64,000 nucleotides of DNA from Eubacteriales bacterium (GTDB lineage Bacteria; Bacillota; Clostridia; Christensenellales; CAG-138), in NCBI GenBank assembly GCA_028694155.1, contig JAQUTY010000004.1, forward strand, positions 13,773 to 77,772. The letters are read 5' to 3'. The notes beneath the pieces were generated by a model. That model saw only the letters and a list, made by a program, of their open reading frames with translations, made no database searches and was not told the origin of the DNA. Shown here piece by piece: positions 8,663 through 19,033 of this stretch (the first letter of the stretch is position 1; each line of letters starts with the position of its first letter). The position numbers and the translations under genes were made by a program.

Positions 8663-11600
8663 ATGTTTGAATTAGCTAATTTTGACGCATTACAGATAGG
8701 CTTGGCTTCGCCAGAGAAGATATTGGAGTGGTCGCATGGTGAGGTTAAAAAGCCTGAGACCATCAATTACAGAACCCTAAAGCCCGAAAAGGATGGCTTG
8801 TTCTGCGAGCGCATCTTTGGGCCGACTAAGGACTGGGAGTGCCATTGCGGAAGATATAAGCGTGGAAGGTACAAGGGAATAGTTTGCGACAAGTGCGGCG
8901 TTGAAGTCACACGAGCAAAGGTTCGCCGTGAGCGCATGGGACATATCGAACTGGCAGTCCCCGTAAGCCACATCTGGTATTTTAAGGGTATTCCCTGCCG
9001 CATGAAGATGCTGCTGGACATGAGCCCACGCGATTTGGAAAAGGTGCTCTACTTTGCATCCTATGTTGTTACCGACCCCGGAGATACGAATTTGCAGTAC
9101 AAGCAGGTTATTAGCGATGCAGAGTATCGTGAGTATCAGGAGCAGTACGGTGCCAAGTCGTTCAAGGCAGGAATGGGCGCAGAAGCGATTCGCCAACTGC
9201 TTATGGATTTGAATCTTGAGAAGCTCGATGATGAGCTTCGCAAGGAGGTCGATGGCAGCAGCGGTCAAAAGCGCATAAATGCAATTAAAAGATTGGAAGT
9301 AGTCGAGGCATTCTTAAAGAGTGGCAACAAGCCTGAGTGGATAGTCATGACGGTGCTGCCGGTAATCCCGCCCGATTTGCGCCCCATGGTGCAGCTTGAC
9401 GGCGGCAGGTTTGCCACCTCCGATCTAAATGATCTATATCGCAGGGTTATTAACCGCAACAACCGTCTCAAGAGACTGTTGGAGCTTCGCGCCCCCGATA
9501 TTATCGTAAGAAACGAGAAGCGTATGCTTCAAGAAGCAGTCGATTCTCTTATCGACAACGGACGCAGAACCCGTCCCGTAACAGGCCCGGGCAATCGTCC
9601 CTTAAAGTCGCTGTCCGATATGCTAAGAGGTAAGCAGGGACGCTTCCGCCAGAACCTTTTGGGCAAGCGTGTTGACTATTCGGGTCGTTCCGTTATCGTT
9701 GTCGGGCCTGATCTTAAGATGTTCCAATGCGGTCTTCCTAAGGAGATGGCACTTGAGCTGTTCAAGCCGTTTGTGATGAAGAAGCTCGTCAAGGGCGGCA
9801 TGGCGCAGAATGTCAAGGGCGCAAAGAGAATGGTCGAGCGCAACGACACGGCGGTATGGGGAGTGCTGGAGGAGGTCATCAAGGATCATCCTGTTATGCT
9901 CAACCGTGCGCCTACGCTGCATAGACTCGGTATTCAGGCGTTCGAACCTGTTCTGGTCGAAGGCAGAGCAATCAAGCTGCACCCGTTGGTGTGTACTGCA
10001 TTCAATGCGGACTTCGATGGCGACCAGATGGCAGTACATGTACCGCTTTCTGTTGAGGCACAGGCTGAGGCAAGGTTCCTCATGCTGGCAAGCAATAATA
10101 TTTTGAAGCCGCAGGACGGCAAGCCCGTTGTTTCGCCCACACAGGATATGGTTATGGGCTGCTATTATCTGACGGTCGATCGTGACGGTTCCAAGGGCGA
10201 GGGCAAGGCGTTCTCCTCCGAAAACGAGGCGATCATGGCTTACCAGACAGGCGAAGTTTCGCTGCAGGCAAAGGTCAAGGTTCGTATTGAAAGGGAATGG
10301 AAGGGTCAGACTTATAGAAAGGTCATCGACACCACCGTTGGACGAATCCTGTTCAACAATGCTATTCCGCAGGATCTCGGCTTTGTTGAGCGTAACTGCT
10401 TGGACGATATGTTCAAACTTGAGATTGACCGCTTGGTAGTCAAGAAGGATCTGGGCACGATCGTGGACAACTGCTATCGTATGCACGGGCCCACCATCAC
10501 AAGCGAAGTGCTTGACAGAATCAAGAAGCTGGGCTTTACCTATTCGACAAGAGGCGGCATTACGGTTGGCTTCCAAGACATTCAGGTTCCTCAGGAGAAG
10601 AAGTCTTTGGTTGCGGACGCCGAGGCACAGGTTGTCGAAATAGACGAGCTGTTCAGAATGGGTCTTTTGTCCAACGCAGAGCGCAGACAGAGAGTTATCT
10701 CGGTTTGGGAAAAGACCACGGTCGATGTTACCAATGCTTTGATGGATTCGCTGGATCCGTTCAATCCGATATTCATGATGGCAAACTCCGGAGCTCGTGG
10801 AAGCAAGGCTCAGATTCGTCAGCTGGCAGGTATGCGTGGTCTGATGGCTGATCCTAGCGGACAGATCATTGAGGTGCCTATCCGTGCAAACTTCCGTGAA
10901 GGCTTGTCGGTATTGGAATTCTTCATTTCTTCCCACGGTGCCAGAAAGGGCTTGGCAGATACCGCTTTGAGAACGGCAGACTCAGGTTACTTGACCCGCC
11001 GTTTGGTGGACGTTTCGCAGGACGTGATTGTTCGCGAGGAGGATTGCTTTGAAGCTCGTGGCGATGTGCCCAAGGGAATGTGGATAAGCGAAATCAAGGA
11101 TGGCAACAAGCTGATTGAACCGCTAAAGGCGAGAGTCATCGGCAGATATGTCATTGGGGACGTTGTGGATCCCAAGACGGGCAACGTAATCGTACCCAAC
11201 GACACCATGGTCTCCTACGAGCAGGCAGAGGCGATTGAGAAGGCAGGCATAGAAGAAGTGCTGTGCCGCAGCGTATTCACCTGCAGAAGCGAGCACGGCG
11301 TGTGCGCAAAGTGCTACGGTGCAAACTTGGCAACGGGCGGACATGTGGATATTGGCGAGGCGGTGGGCATCATTGCCGCACAGGCTATCGGCGAACCCGG
11401 TACGCAGTTGACAATGAGAACGTTCCACACGGGCGGTGTTGCATCGACCGAGGATATTACCCAAGGTTTGCCCCGTGTTGAGGAGCTTTTCGAGGCAAGA
11501 AAGCCAAAGGGACTTGCGACCATCACCGAAATATCGGGCAAGGTCAGCATTGACGAGGCAAAGCATCGTGCAGTTATCACAAATGCCGAGGGCGAGAGCG

Positions 11601-12199
11601 AAAGCTATCTGATTCCCTACGGATACAAGATGAAGGTCAAGGAGGGCGACACGGTCGAGGCAGGCGATGAGCTTACCGAAGGTTCGGTCAACCCCAACGA
11701 CATTCTCAAGATTAAGGGTGTCAAGGGCGTTCAGGCATATCTGCTCAAGGAAGTGCAGTCGGTCTACCGTCTGCAGGGCGTTGAAATCTCCGATAAGCAT
11801 ATCGAGGTCATAATTCGCCAGATGCTGCGCAAGGTTCAGGTCGAAGATGCAGGAGACACGACGCTGCTGCCGGGCGAGCTGTGCGACATCTTCCGTTTTG
11901 AGGATGAGAACGAGCGTGTTGTCACCGAAAACGAGGAGGGACGCCCCGCAATCGCAAAGCGCAAGCTGTTGGGCATCACAAAGGCATCGCTTGCAACGGA
12001 TTCGTTCCTGTCGGCGGCATCATTCCAGGAGACGACCAGAGTTCTGACCGAGGCGGCCATCAAGGGCAAGATCGATCCGTTGGTTGGCTTGAAGGAGAAT
12101 GTCATTATCGGCAAGCTGATTCCTGCAGGCATCGGACTTCGCAGGTATCGTGATGTTGAAGTAACTGAAGAAGGCGCAGTTGCGCAAGAAGAAGCGTAA
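8663..12199 (+). CDS. rpoC: DNA-directed RNA polymerase subunit beta'
   Basis: SD AAAGGAG upstream of ATG 8663. Zn-binding [20 protein letters not shown]. Catalytic [12 protein letters not shown]. Full-length beta' homology. Confidence 0.97.
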   Translation: MFELANFDALQIGLASPEKILEWSHGEVKKPETINYRTLKPEKDGLFCERIFGPTKDWECHCGRYKRGRYKGIVCDKCGVEVTRAKVRRERMGHIELAVPVSHIWYFKGIPCRMKMLLDMSPRDLEKVLYFASYVVTDPGDTNLQYKQVISDAEYREYQEQYGAKSFKAGMGAEAIRQLLMDLNLEKLDDELRKEVDGSSGQKRINAIKRLEVVEAFLKSGNKPEWIVMTVLPVIPPDLRPMVQLDGGRFATSDLNDLYRRVINRNNRLKRLLELRAPDIIVRNEKRMLQEAVDSLIDNGRRTRPVTGPGNRPLKSLSDMLRGKQGRFRQNLLGKRVDYSGRSVIVVGPDLKMFQCGLPKEMALELFKPFVMKKLVKGGMAQNVKGAKRMVERNDTAVWGVLEEVIKDHPVMLNRAPTLHRLGIQAFEPVLVEGRAIKLHPLVCTAFNADFDGDQMAVHVPLSVEAQAEARFLMLASNNILKPQDGKPVVSPTQDMVMGCYYLTVDRDGSKGEGKAFSSENEAIMAYQTGEVSLQAKVKVRIEREWKGQTYRKVIDTTVGRILFNNAIPQDLGFVERNCLDDMFKLEIDRLVVKKDLGTIVDNCYRMHGPTITSEVLDRIKKLGFTYSTRGGITVGFQDIQVPQEKKSLVADAEAQVVEIDELFRMGLLSNAERRQRVISVWEKTTVDVTNALMDSLDPFNPIFMMANSGARGSKAQIRQLAGMRGLMADPSGQIIEVPIRANFREGLSVLEFFISSHGARKGLADTALRTADSGYLTRRLVDVSQDVIVREEDCFEARGDVPKGMWISEIKDGNKLIEPLKARVIGRYVIGDVVDPKTGNVIVPNDTMVSYEQAEAIEKAGIEEVLCRSVFTCRSEHGVCAKCYGANLATGGHVDIGEAVGIIAAQAIGEPGTQLTMRTFHTGGVASTEDITQGLPRVEELFEARKPKGLATITEISGKVSIDEAKHRAVITNAEGESESYLIPYGYKMKVKEGDTVEAGDELTEGSVNPNDILKIKGVKGVQAYLLKEVQSVYRLQGVEISDKHIEVIIRQMLRKVQVEDAGDTTLLPGELCDIFRFEDENERVVTENEEGRPAIAKRKLLGITKASLATDSFLSAASFQETTRVLTEAAIKGKIDPLVGLKENVIIGKLIPAGIGLRRYRDVEVTEEGAVAQEEA

Positions 12200-12221
12200 T
12201 TGCTTATAGAAAGGAGCAACA

Positions 12222-12968
12222 ATGAGAGAAACAGTACCTTGCACCCTTCAAGGGACACGCACATGTGCGGTCATGAATATGCACTCATGCGATCGTTGCC
12301 CCTGCAGTAAGGGCGAAGGAAAGAACGATGAGCTGATCGAGGACGTAAAGCTGTACTGCGATCTGCTCCCCGAGGAGGGGTTGTATTCGCTGTTTGACAC
12401 TGACCAATGTCAGTTGTGCAAGGGCGAGAACAAGGGGAAACGTTCGAGCTATGCTCTGCTGGATATGGCGCACGCCGGAAATGCCCGACTCTCGAAGAAG
12501 AGAAGCATTTTTCAAAAGAGGCCCATTGGTCTTTTAGCCCCCGTGCAATTCGCCCTGTGCAGCAAATGCCGCCTAAAACTGCTCTTTTTGGAGTATATCC
12601 CAATTCTCACCACCGTGCTGTTTACGGCACTGTCACTCTTCTTTGTTTCCAATGAGGATCAGAGAAGGGCGATGTCAAGCACGAGCATTGGCTTTGCACT
12701 TCCGCTGTTGATAGTGCTTGGCTGCATCGTTGTTGGATATGTGGCAGGGAGAATAGTTAAATGGCTATTTACCCGAAAGTGGAACAATGATATGTACATC
12801 AACGCACTTGAGCATCCGTTCGTAGTGAAGATGATGGAGAAGGGCTGGTTTCCGCTGTTCGATTCGAAGAAGAGCAAGGTGGTATTCACCAAGAAGCGGA
12901 TTGACGTAGGTTTGGGCACTGCCACAGAAGATGCTTATCAAGTGCTTGACAACACCGAACAAATCTGA
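12222..12968 (+). CDS. Hypothetical Cys-rich (zinc-ribbon-like) two-TM membrane protein
   Basis: AAGGAG (12211-12216) lies 5 nt before ATG 12222, 22 nt after the rpoC stop. CxxC pairs (CDRC, CQLC, CSKC). Two hydrophobic helices (YIPILTTVLFTALSLFFV, FALPLLIVLGCIVVGYVAG). Family not recognised. Confidence 0.55.
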   Translation: MRETVPCTLQGTRTCAVMNMHSCDRCPCSKGEGKNDELIEDVKLYCDLLPEEGLYSLFDTDQCQLCKGENKGKRSSYALLDMAHAGNARLSKKRSIFQKRPIGLLAPVQFALCSKCRLKLLFLEYIPILTTVLFTALSLFFVSNEDQRRAMSSTSIGFALPLLIVLGCIVVGYVAGRIVKWLFTRKWNNDMYINALEHPFVVKMMEKGWFPLFDSKKSKVVFTKKRIDVGLGTATEDAYQVLDNTEQI

Positions 12969-12974
12969 TAAAAT
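12946..12974 (+). promoter_or_regulatory. Putative sigma-A promoter of rpsL-rpsG-fusA(-tuf)
   Basis: TTGACA (12946-12951), 17-nt spacer, TGaTAAAAT (12966-12974). The -35 lies in the last codons of the upstream ORF. A hairpin ATCCTCC...GGAGGGAT follows in the leader (about 13006-13030). Confidence 0.55.
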
Positions 12975-13078
12975 ACATCTTTGCGCGGTGCAAACTCAGG
13001 ACAATATCCTCCACGGGTTGCGGAGGGATTGAAATATAGAATAAGAAACAAACATTATTTAGGAGGAACAGACAAAAC

Positions 13079-13453
13079 ATGCCGACCATTAACCAATTGG
13101 TTCGCAAGGGCAGAGAACAAGTTGAATACAAGTCCAACGCCCCTATTTTGAAGCAGTGCCCGCAGCGTCGTGGCGTATGCACAGCGGTGCGTACCATGAC
13201 CCCCAAAAAGCCGAACTCTGCTTTGCGTAAGATCGCCCGTATCCGCTTGACCGATGGTCTTGAGGGTACTGCATACATCCCCGGTATCGGACATAACCTG
13301 CAGGAGCACTCTGTCGTTCTCATCAGAGGCGGCCGTGTAAAGGACCTGCCCGGTGTTCGTTACCACATCATTCGCGGTGCATTGGATACCGCAGGCGTTG
13401 CAAACCGTCATCAGAGCCGTTCGCTCTATGGCGCAAAGCGTCCTAAGAAATAA
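13079..13453 (+). CDS. rpsL: 30S ribosomal protein S12
   Basis: SD AGGAGG upstream. [12 protein letters not shown]...[10 protein letters not shown]...VRYHIIRG are canonical S12 motifs. Confidence 0.97.
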   Translation: MPTINQLVRKGREQVEYKSNAPILKQCPQRRGVCTAVRTMTPKKPNSALRKIARIRLTDGLEGTAYIPGIGHNLQEHSVVLIRGGRVKDLPGVRYHIIRGALDTAGVANRHQSRSLYGAKRPKK

Positions 13454-13467
13454 GGGGGAAAAGAAGT

Positions 13468-13938
13468 ATGCCTAGAAGAGGATTTATTCCCAAGAGAGAA
13501 GTTCTTGCAGATCCTATCTACAAGAGCGTTGTCGTCACCAAGCTCATCAACCAGATTATGCAGGATGGCAAGCGTGGCGTAGCACAGAAGGCTGTTTACG
13601 ATGCCTTCGATATCATCGCACAAAAGACCGGCAAGGACGCGCTGGAAGCATTCGAGCAGGGCATGAACAACATTATGCCCGTGTTGGAAGTCAAGGCACG
13701 CAGAGTCGGTGGTTCCACATATCAGGTACCTATCGAGATTCGTCCCGAGCGTCGTCAGACATTGGGCCTTCGCTGGCTGGTATCCTTTGCAAGAAATCGC
13801 AACGAGCGCACTATCGCAGAGCGTTTGGCAGGCGAGATCATGGATGCTTGCAACAATGCAGGCAACGCCGTGAAGAAGAAGGAAGATACCCACAGAATGG
13901 CAGAGGCGAATAAGGCGTTCGCACATTATCGCTGGTAA
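13468..13938 (+). CDS. rpsG: 30S ribosomal protein S7
   Basis: MPRRG...[20 protein letters not shown]...[16 protein letters not shown], full-length S7. Confidence 0.97.
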   Translation: MPRRGFIPKREVLADPIYKSVVVTKLINQIMQDGKRGVAQKAVYDAFDIIAQKTGKDALEAFEQGMNNIMPVLEVKARRVGGSTYQVPIEIRPERRQTLGLRWLVSFARNRNERTIAERLAGEIMDACNNAGNAVKKKEDTHRMAEANKAFAHYRW

Positions 13939-13942
13939 TCGC

Positions 13943-16021
13943 ATGCGGGATACAGCCCTGGCATTAACCAGAAATATCGGCATCATGGCTCACATAGATG
14001 CCGGCAAGACCACTACAACCGAGCGTATTCTGTTCTATTCGGGCAGGATACATAAGGTCGGTGAGGTGCATGAGGGAGCAGCTACCATGGATTACATGGA
14101 GCAGGAGCGTGAGCGTGGAATCACAATCACCTCCGCTGCGACCACAGCATACTGGCAAGGTCATCGTATCAACATCATCGACACTCCGGGTCACGTCGAT
14201 TTCACCGTTGAGGTGGAACGTTCGCTAAGAGTGCTCGATGGTGCTGTTGCTGTATTTTGTGCCAAGGGTGGGGTCGAGCCGCAATCCGAAACTGTTTGGC
14301 ATCAGGCAATGAAGTACGGAGTACCGTGCATTGCCTATGTAAACAAAATGGACATTACAGGAGCCGACTTCTATCATGTTATGGACATGATGCGTGACAG
14401 ACTCAAGTCCAACCCTATCGCTATCCAAATGCCAATAGGCAAGGAGATGGACTTTACGGGCATCGTCGATTTGGTGACGATGAAGGCGGAGGTCTATTAT
14501 AACGACGATGGTACCGACATCCGTGAGGAGGAGATACCTGCCGACCTGTTGGACAAGGCACATGAGCTGCGTGAGGCTATGCTTGATGCGGTGTTGGAGC
14601 AGGACGATGAGGTCTTGGAACGTTATTTCGAGGGCATTCAGCCCACCCAAGACGAGCTTAAAAGCTGCATTCGCAAGGCGACCATCAACGGAACAGCCGT
14701 TCCCGTCACCTGCGGTACTTCTTACCGCAACAAGGGTGTACAACCACTCATTAACGCTATTGTTGACTATCTCCCATCTCCACTTGACATTCCCCCTGCA
14801 AAGGGTACGGATAGACACGGCGAGGGCGAGATTATAACCGAGCCTGATGATGATGCGCCCTTTGCAGCGTTGGCGTTCAAGATAGTTGCTGACGCATTTG
14901 TGGGCAAACTGGCTTTCATTCGTGTTTATAGCGGAACCATGAAAGCAGGCAGTTACGTCTACAATGTCAACAAGCAGAAGCGTGAGAGAGTAGGAAGAAT
15001 ACTTCTGATGCACGCCGATTCAAGGACAGAGGTTGATGAGTGCCATGCAGGAGACATCGTTGCTCTTGTTGGATTGAAGGATACGACCACGGGCGATACT
15101 CTGGCGGTTGAAAACAAGCAACTGCTATTGGAGCGCATGGAGTTTCCCGATCCCGTCATTCAAGTAGCGATTGAGCCAAAGACAAAGGCAGGGCAGGAAC
15201 GCATGACGCAGGCTCTATTGAAGCTTGCAGAGGAGGATCCCACCTTCCGCACCTATGTCAACCAAGAGACGGGACAGACCATCATTGCCGGCATGGGCGA
15301 GCTGCACCTTGAGATAATCGTTGACCGACTGATTAGAGAGTTCCGCGTTGAAGCGACTGTTGGCAAGCCACAGGTCGCATATAAGGAAACGCTTACCAAG
15401 AGCGTCAAGGCGCAGGGCAGATACGTCCGTCAAACGGGCGGTCACGGTCAGTTCGGAAATTGCGTGGTGCTGTTCGAGCCCAGACAGGCTGGCGAAGGTT
15501 ATCTCTTTGTCAACAAGATTGTTGGCGGAGTCATTCCACGAGAGTTCATTCCGGCGATTGACAAGGGCATTGGCGATGCGTTGCAGTCAGGACCTTTGGG
15601 CGGCTACGAGATGGTAGACATTCAAGCAACTTTGATTGATGGCTCGTATCACGAGGTCGATTCAAGCGAGATAGCTTTCCAGATTGCAGGTTCATTGGCG
15701 GTCAAGGACGGCATTGTCAAGGGAGACTGCAAGCTGCTTGAGCCCTACATGAAGGTCGAGGTCTTAGTACCCGACGAGTATCTTGGAGACATCATGGGCA
15801 ACCTTACCGCAAGGCGAGGCAAGCTCAGCGGAATGGAAACAAGGGATTCATCAACAGCAATAACAGCGGACTGTCCGCTGTCACAGATGTTTGGGTACGC
15901 AACGGAATTACGCTCCAAAACACAGGGGAGAGGAACCTTTACAATGCAGTTTGCAAGGTACGAGGAAGTTCCGTCCAGTATCGCAGAAGAAATCTTGGGC
16001 AAATACAATTATTTGTTCTAA
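13943..16021 (+). CDS. fusA: Elongation factor G
   Basis: [33 protein letters not shown], full-length EF-G. Starts 4 nt after the rpsG stop with no obvious SD, so translational coupling is likely. Confidence 0.95.
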   Translation: MRDTALALTRNIGIMAHIDAGKTTTTERILFYSGRIHKVGEVHEGAATMDYMEQERERGITITSAATTAYWQGHRINIIDTPGHVDFTVEVERSLRVLDGAVAVFCAKGGVEPQSETVWHQAMKYGVPCIAYVNKMDITGADFYHVMDMMRDRLKSNPIAIQMPIGKEMDFTGIVDLVTMKAEVYYNDDGTDIREEEIPADLLDKAHELREAMLDAVLEQDDEVLERYFEGIQPTQDELKSCIRKATINGTAVPVTCGTSYRNKGVQPLINAIVDYLPSPLDIPPAKGTDRHGEGEIITEPDDDAPFAALAFKIVADAFVGKLAFIRVYSGTMKAGSYVYNVNKQKRERVGRILLMHADSRTEVDECHAGDIVALVGLKDTTTGDTLAVENKQLLLERMEFPDPVIQVAIEPKTKAGQERMTQALLKLAEEDPTFRTYVNQETGQTIIAGMGELHLEIIVDRLIREFRVEATVGKPQVAYKETLTKSVKAQGRYVRQTGGHGQFGNCVVLFEPRQAGEGYLFVNKIVGGVIPREFIPAIDKGIGDALQSGPLGGYEMVDIQATLIDGSYHEVDSSEIAFQIAGSLAVKDGIVKGDCKLLEPYMKVEVLVPDEYLGDIMGNLTARRGKLSGMETRDSSTAITADCPLSQMFGYATELRSKTQGRGTFTMQFARYEEVPSSIAEEILGKYNYLF

Positions 16022-16038
16022 GGAAACGCCGAAAACAC

Positions 16039-16067
16039 TTGCATTTTTCATCGACTAGTGTTAATAT
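16039..16067 (+). promoter_or_regulatory. Putative internal promoter for tuf
   Basis: TTGCAT (16039-16044), 17-nt spacer, TGtTAATAT (16059-16067), in the 95-nt fusA-tuf spacer. Confidence 0.5.
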
Positions 16068-16116
16068 GCTTTCGGAATGTAAAAAATACATAGAAATATT
16101 TTAAGGAGAAACAGTA

Positions 16117-17328
16117 ATGGCAAAGGCAAAATTTGAAAGAAACAAGCCGCACGTAAACATCGGCACCATTGGACACGTTGACCACGGCAAGACGACGTTG
16201 ACAGCGGCGATCACGATCGCTCTGTCCCAGCAGGGACACGCAGCGGCAATGCGTTATGACCAGATTGATAAGGCGCCCGAAGAGAAGGCGCGTGGCATCA
16301 CGATCAACACGTCACACGTTGAGTATGAGACGGACACACGTCACTATGCGCACGTTGACTGCCCGGGTCACGCAGACTATGTAAAGAACATGATCACAGG
16401 CGCAGCACAGATGGACGGCGCAATTCTGGTCGTATCGGCAGCGGATGGCCCGATGCCCCAGACCAGAGAGCACATTCTGCTTGCAAGACAGGTTGGCGTA
16501 CCTTACATCATCGTGTTCATGAACAAGACTGATCAGGTAGACGATCCCGAACTGCTCGAGCTGGTCGAGATGGAGATTCGTGAGCTGCTGTCCAGCTATG
16601 ACTTCCCGGGCGATGATATCCCGATAGTCAAGGGTTCGGCACTGTTGGCATTGGAAGCATTGACCAACGGCGCAGTAGCGAAGGAAACACCTGCATGTCA
16701 GTGCATTTTTGAGCTGATGGACGCAGTAGACAGCTACATTCCGACACCTGAGCGTGCATCGGATAAGCCGTTCTTGATGCCTGTTGAGGATGTATTCACC
16801 ATCACAGGTCGTGGCACAGTGGCAACCGGTCGTGTCGAGAGAGGCACCGTGAGAGTACAGGATAACGTGGAAATCGTCGGCTTGTCGGAAGAGACAAGAA
16901 CAACGGTAGTCACAGGCGTAGAAATGTTCCGCAAGCTGCTGGATCAGGCAATCGCAGGCGACAACATCGGCGTACTGCTGCGTGGTGTACAGCGTTCGGA
17001 CATCGAGCGTGGACAGGTTCTGGCAAAGCCGGGAACGATTAAGCCGCACACACACTTCACCTCTGAGGTGTACGTATTGACAAAGGAAGAGGGCGGCCGT
17101 CATACACCGTTCTTCCCCGGCTATCGTCCGCAGTTCTATTTCAGAACGACAGACGTTACAGGCACAATCGAACTGCCTGAGGGCGTAGAGATGGTCATGC
17201 CTGGTGACAACATCAAAATGACAATCAAGTTGATCACCCCCATCGCAATCGAGCAGGGACTGCGCTTCGCAATTCGTGAAGGCGGAAGAACAGTCGGCGC
17301 AGGCGTCGTGGCAACAGTCATCGAATAA
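16117..17328 (+). CDS. tuf: Elongation factor Tu
   Basis: SD AAGGAG upstream. [58 protein letters not shown], full-length EF-Tu. Confidence 0.98.
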   Translation: MAKAKFERNKPHVNIGTIGHVDHGKTTLTAAITIALSQQGHAAAMRYDQIDKAPEEKARGITINTSHVEYETDTRHYAHVDCPGHADYVKNMITGAAQMDGAILVVSAADGPMPQTREHILLARQVGVPYIIVFMNKTDQVDDPELLELVEMEIRELLSSYDFPGDDIPIVKGSALLALEALTNGAVAKETPACQCIFELMDAVDSYIPTPERASDKPFLMPVEDVFTITGRGTVATGRVERGTVRVQDNVEIVGLSEETRTTVVTGVEMFRKLLDQAIAGDNIGVLLRGVQRSDIERGQVLAKPGTIKPHTHFTSEVYVLTKEEGGRHTPFFPGYRPQFYFRTTDVTGTIELPEGVEMVMPGDNIKMTIKLITPIAIEQGLRFAIREGGRTVGAGVVATVIE

Positions 17329-17342
17329 GAACCAACAAACTC

Positions 17343-17371
17343 AAAAGAAGACCCTCGGGTCTTCTTTTTTG
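17343..17371 (+). terminator. Rho-independent terminator of tuf
   Basis: AAGAAGACCC (17345-17354), loop TCG, GGGTCTTCTT (17358-17367), running into a T-tract through 17370. Confidence 0.85.
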
Positions 17372-17396
17372 CATCTCACAACCAAATAATATATCA

Positions 17397-17434
17397 AATT
17401 CGTCTATTGGGGTCAGACCCCAAATAGACGAATT
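17397..17434 (-). terminator. Long near-perfect palindrome; probable terminator of the convergent DUF421 gene
   Basis: AATTCGTCTATTGGGGTC (17397-17414), A, GACCCCAAATAGACGAATT (17416-17434); about 18-bp arms with one bulged A. Lies 43 nt downstream of the minus-strand stop at 17477. The U-tract on the minus strand is only moderate. Confidence 0.4.
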
Positions 17435-17476
17435 ATATATAATATGAGGGGAAATGAATGCTATTGCGAGTTGTGT

Positions 17477-18151
17477 CTATTCCTCTCTATACACCGTCAG
17501 AACCCCACTTGCATCCATGCAGGCAAGAAAGATTTGCTTTGGCGATCGAAATCCGAGTGCCTTCAGCTGATCACGAAGACGTCTGGCAGACACACCTGCT
17601 TTATCCAAATTATCGTCCATAAGCTTACCGTCCATGATTAGGTTCCATTGCATTCGTTCCTGTGTGGGATTTAGGCTCATGTCCTTGGGAGTCAGAGGTC
17701 GATAAGGCTCCTTGGGCAGAAAAGAAATGCTTCCGTTTGTCTCCATGATTGCCGTTTCGAGCGTGTTGATGCAATAGTACCCATTTACTCTGGCGATGGC
17801 GAGAAACTCGTGCAGGTCGATGCGTGCCTTTTTGAAGCCCTTTTTGTACAGCTTGCCACCATCCAGAAGAAGAATTGGTCTGCCTGCGAACAGCCGCCGC
17901 ATGACAAGCGACTTGTTTGTCAAAAGAGAGATTAACACCGCTGCCAAGCCATACACGACGAGGGCAACCACGGAATTGAGTGGCGTTTCAAGCTCTATGG
18001 CAAGGTCTGCTGCAATCGAACCGATGGTTATGCCGACAATATAATCAAACAAAGATAGCTGCGAGAGTTGCTTGTTCCCCATGAGCTTTGTTAGCAAAAA
18101 TAGCACAATTAACGATGCAAGACTGGTAATTATGATTCTCAAAATATCCAT
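17477..18151 (-). CDS. DUF421 (YetF-family) membrane protein
   Basis: N-terminus MDILRIIITSLASLIVLFLLTKLMGNKQLSQLSLFDYIVGITIGSIAADLA is typical of the YetF/DUF421 family. Confidence 0.7.
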   Translation of the reverse strand: MDILRIIITSLASLIVLFLLTKLMGNKQLSQLSLFDYIVGITIGSIAADLAIELETPLNSVVALVVYGLAAVLISLLTNKSLVMRRLFAGRPILLLDGGKLYKKGFKKARIDLHEFLAIARVNGYYCINTLETAIMETNGSISFLPKEPYRPLTPKDMSLNPTQERMQWNLIMDGKLMDDNLDKAGVSARRLRDQLKALGFRSPKQIFLACMDASGVLTVYREE

Positions 18152-18257
18152 ATAGAAAGTTTGGCGTAAACTTATAAAAGTATACGCTGTTTTATTTTCA
18201 AAAAATCGGCACAGAATAGGGGATGAACTTCATACGATAAGATACAAGGAGATAAGT

Positions 18258-18989
18258 ATGCCATCTTGGTGCGTAACGACAATGGAATACGACGTAGATT
18301 TGAAGGTGCTTTTTGCGAGGCGACTCAGCAGGGCGGATATTAAACATGCGCTTGAAAAGAAGGGCGAATCGATCTATGTAACCATAAAGGGCGATGATGC
18401 TGTGGGTGCCATGGCGGACGCCTGCATAAAGGTGTTGTGCCGTGATCTTCAGTATTTTGTGCTTGCAAAGATGGCAGACAGACTGCCAATGACGATCAAT
18501 GATAAGCAGCAGGTTCTGACAGAGTCGTTGCGGCTTGCTCGCTCCCGTGAGAGCTTGGACGGATTGATTGTGGATATGAAAGATTATCTTCGTGACACAC
18601 GCGATCTGTGCATTGAGGGGTACATGCAGTTCCGATTACAGCCCAGCCTGTTGATGTGGGAACTATGCGTTGAACAGGCAGCCACCGAGGTTCTGATGCA
18701 GAAGGAATATGCAGAGCTTAGAGAGGTGCTCGAACTGTGCAGCAGGCAGCGTGGAAGTCAGGTGGGCGAGCTTCAGCTTTGTATTCATTCTGATGGATCA
18801 TGCACACTCACTGACGATACTCTTGTGCGGATAGAATATGTAGATTGCTCAATAGAGGGCATTGTGTCCCTGCTGGTCAACATGGCACCCAAGCAGCTTG
18901 TTGTTTACGATTTGACCGGCGGACAGGGAGCAGGACTCACGGAGGCAATTCAAAAGGTGTTTTGCGGGCGAGTAAAGATATACAAGTAG
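18258..18989 (+). CDS. Putative sporulation protein YtxC-like
   Basis: AAGGAG lies 6 nt before ATG 18258. IEGYMQFRLQPSLLMWELCVEQAATEVLMQKEYAELREVLELC resembles the conserved YtxC core (GF.RFRL...EKEY.EFI.LL). Confidence 0.5.
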   Translation: MPSWCVTTMEYDVDLKVLFARRLSRADIKHALEKKGESIYVTIKGDDAVGAMADACIKVLCRDLQYFVLAKMADRLPMTINDKQQVLTESLRLARSRESLDGLIVDMKDYLRDTRDLCIEGYMQFRLQPSLLMWELCVEQAATEVLMQKEYAELREVLELCSRQRGSQVGELQLCIHSDGSCTLTDDTLVRIEYVDCSIEGIVSLLVNMAPKQLVVYDLTGGQGAGLTEAIQKVFCGRVKIYK

Positions 18990-19033
18990 GAAACTTGCGC
19001 ATAAACACATCAGATTTTGATAAGCAAATAACC

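Noticed and set aside
8446-8766. Ser-rich 106-aa minus-strand ORF and overlapping 87-aa and 125-aa ORFs at the rpoB 3' end
   Set aside because: They are artefacts of the GAn/GAC repeat encoding the acidic RpoB tail. Read on the opposite strand or in other frames, the repeat gives low-complexity Ser- or Arg-rich strings.
9623-10936. 437-aa minus-strand ORF inside rpoC (and similar ones at 7703-8305 in rpoB, 14225-15013 in fusA, 16312-17103 in tuf)
   Set aside because: They are antisense shadows of highly conserved genes, typical of mid/high-GC coding regions, and none has recognisable motifs.
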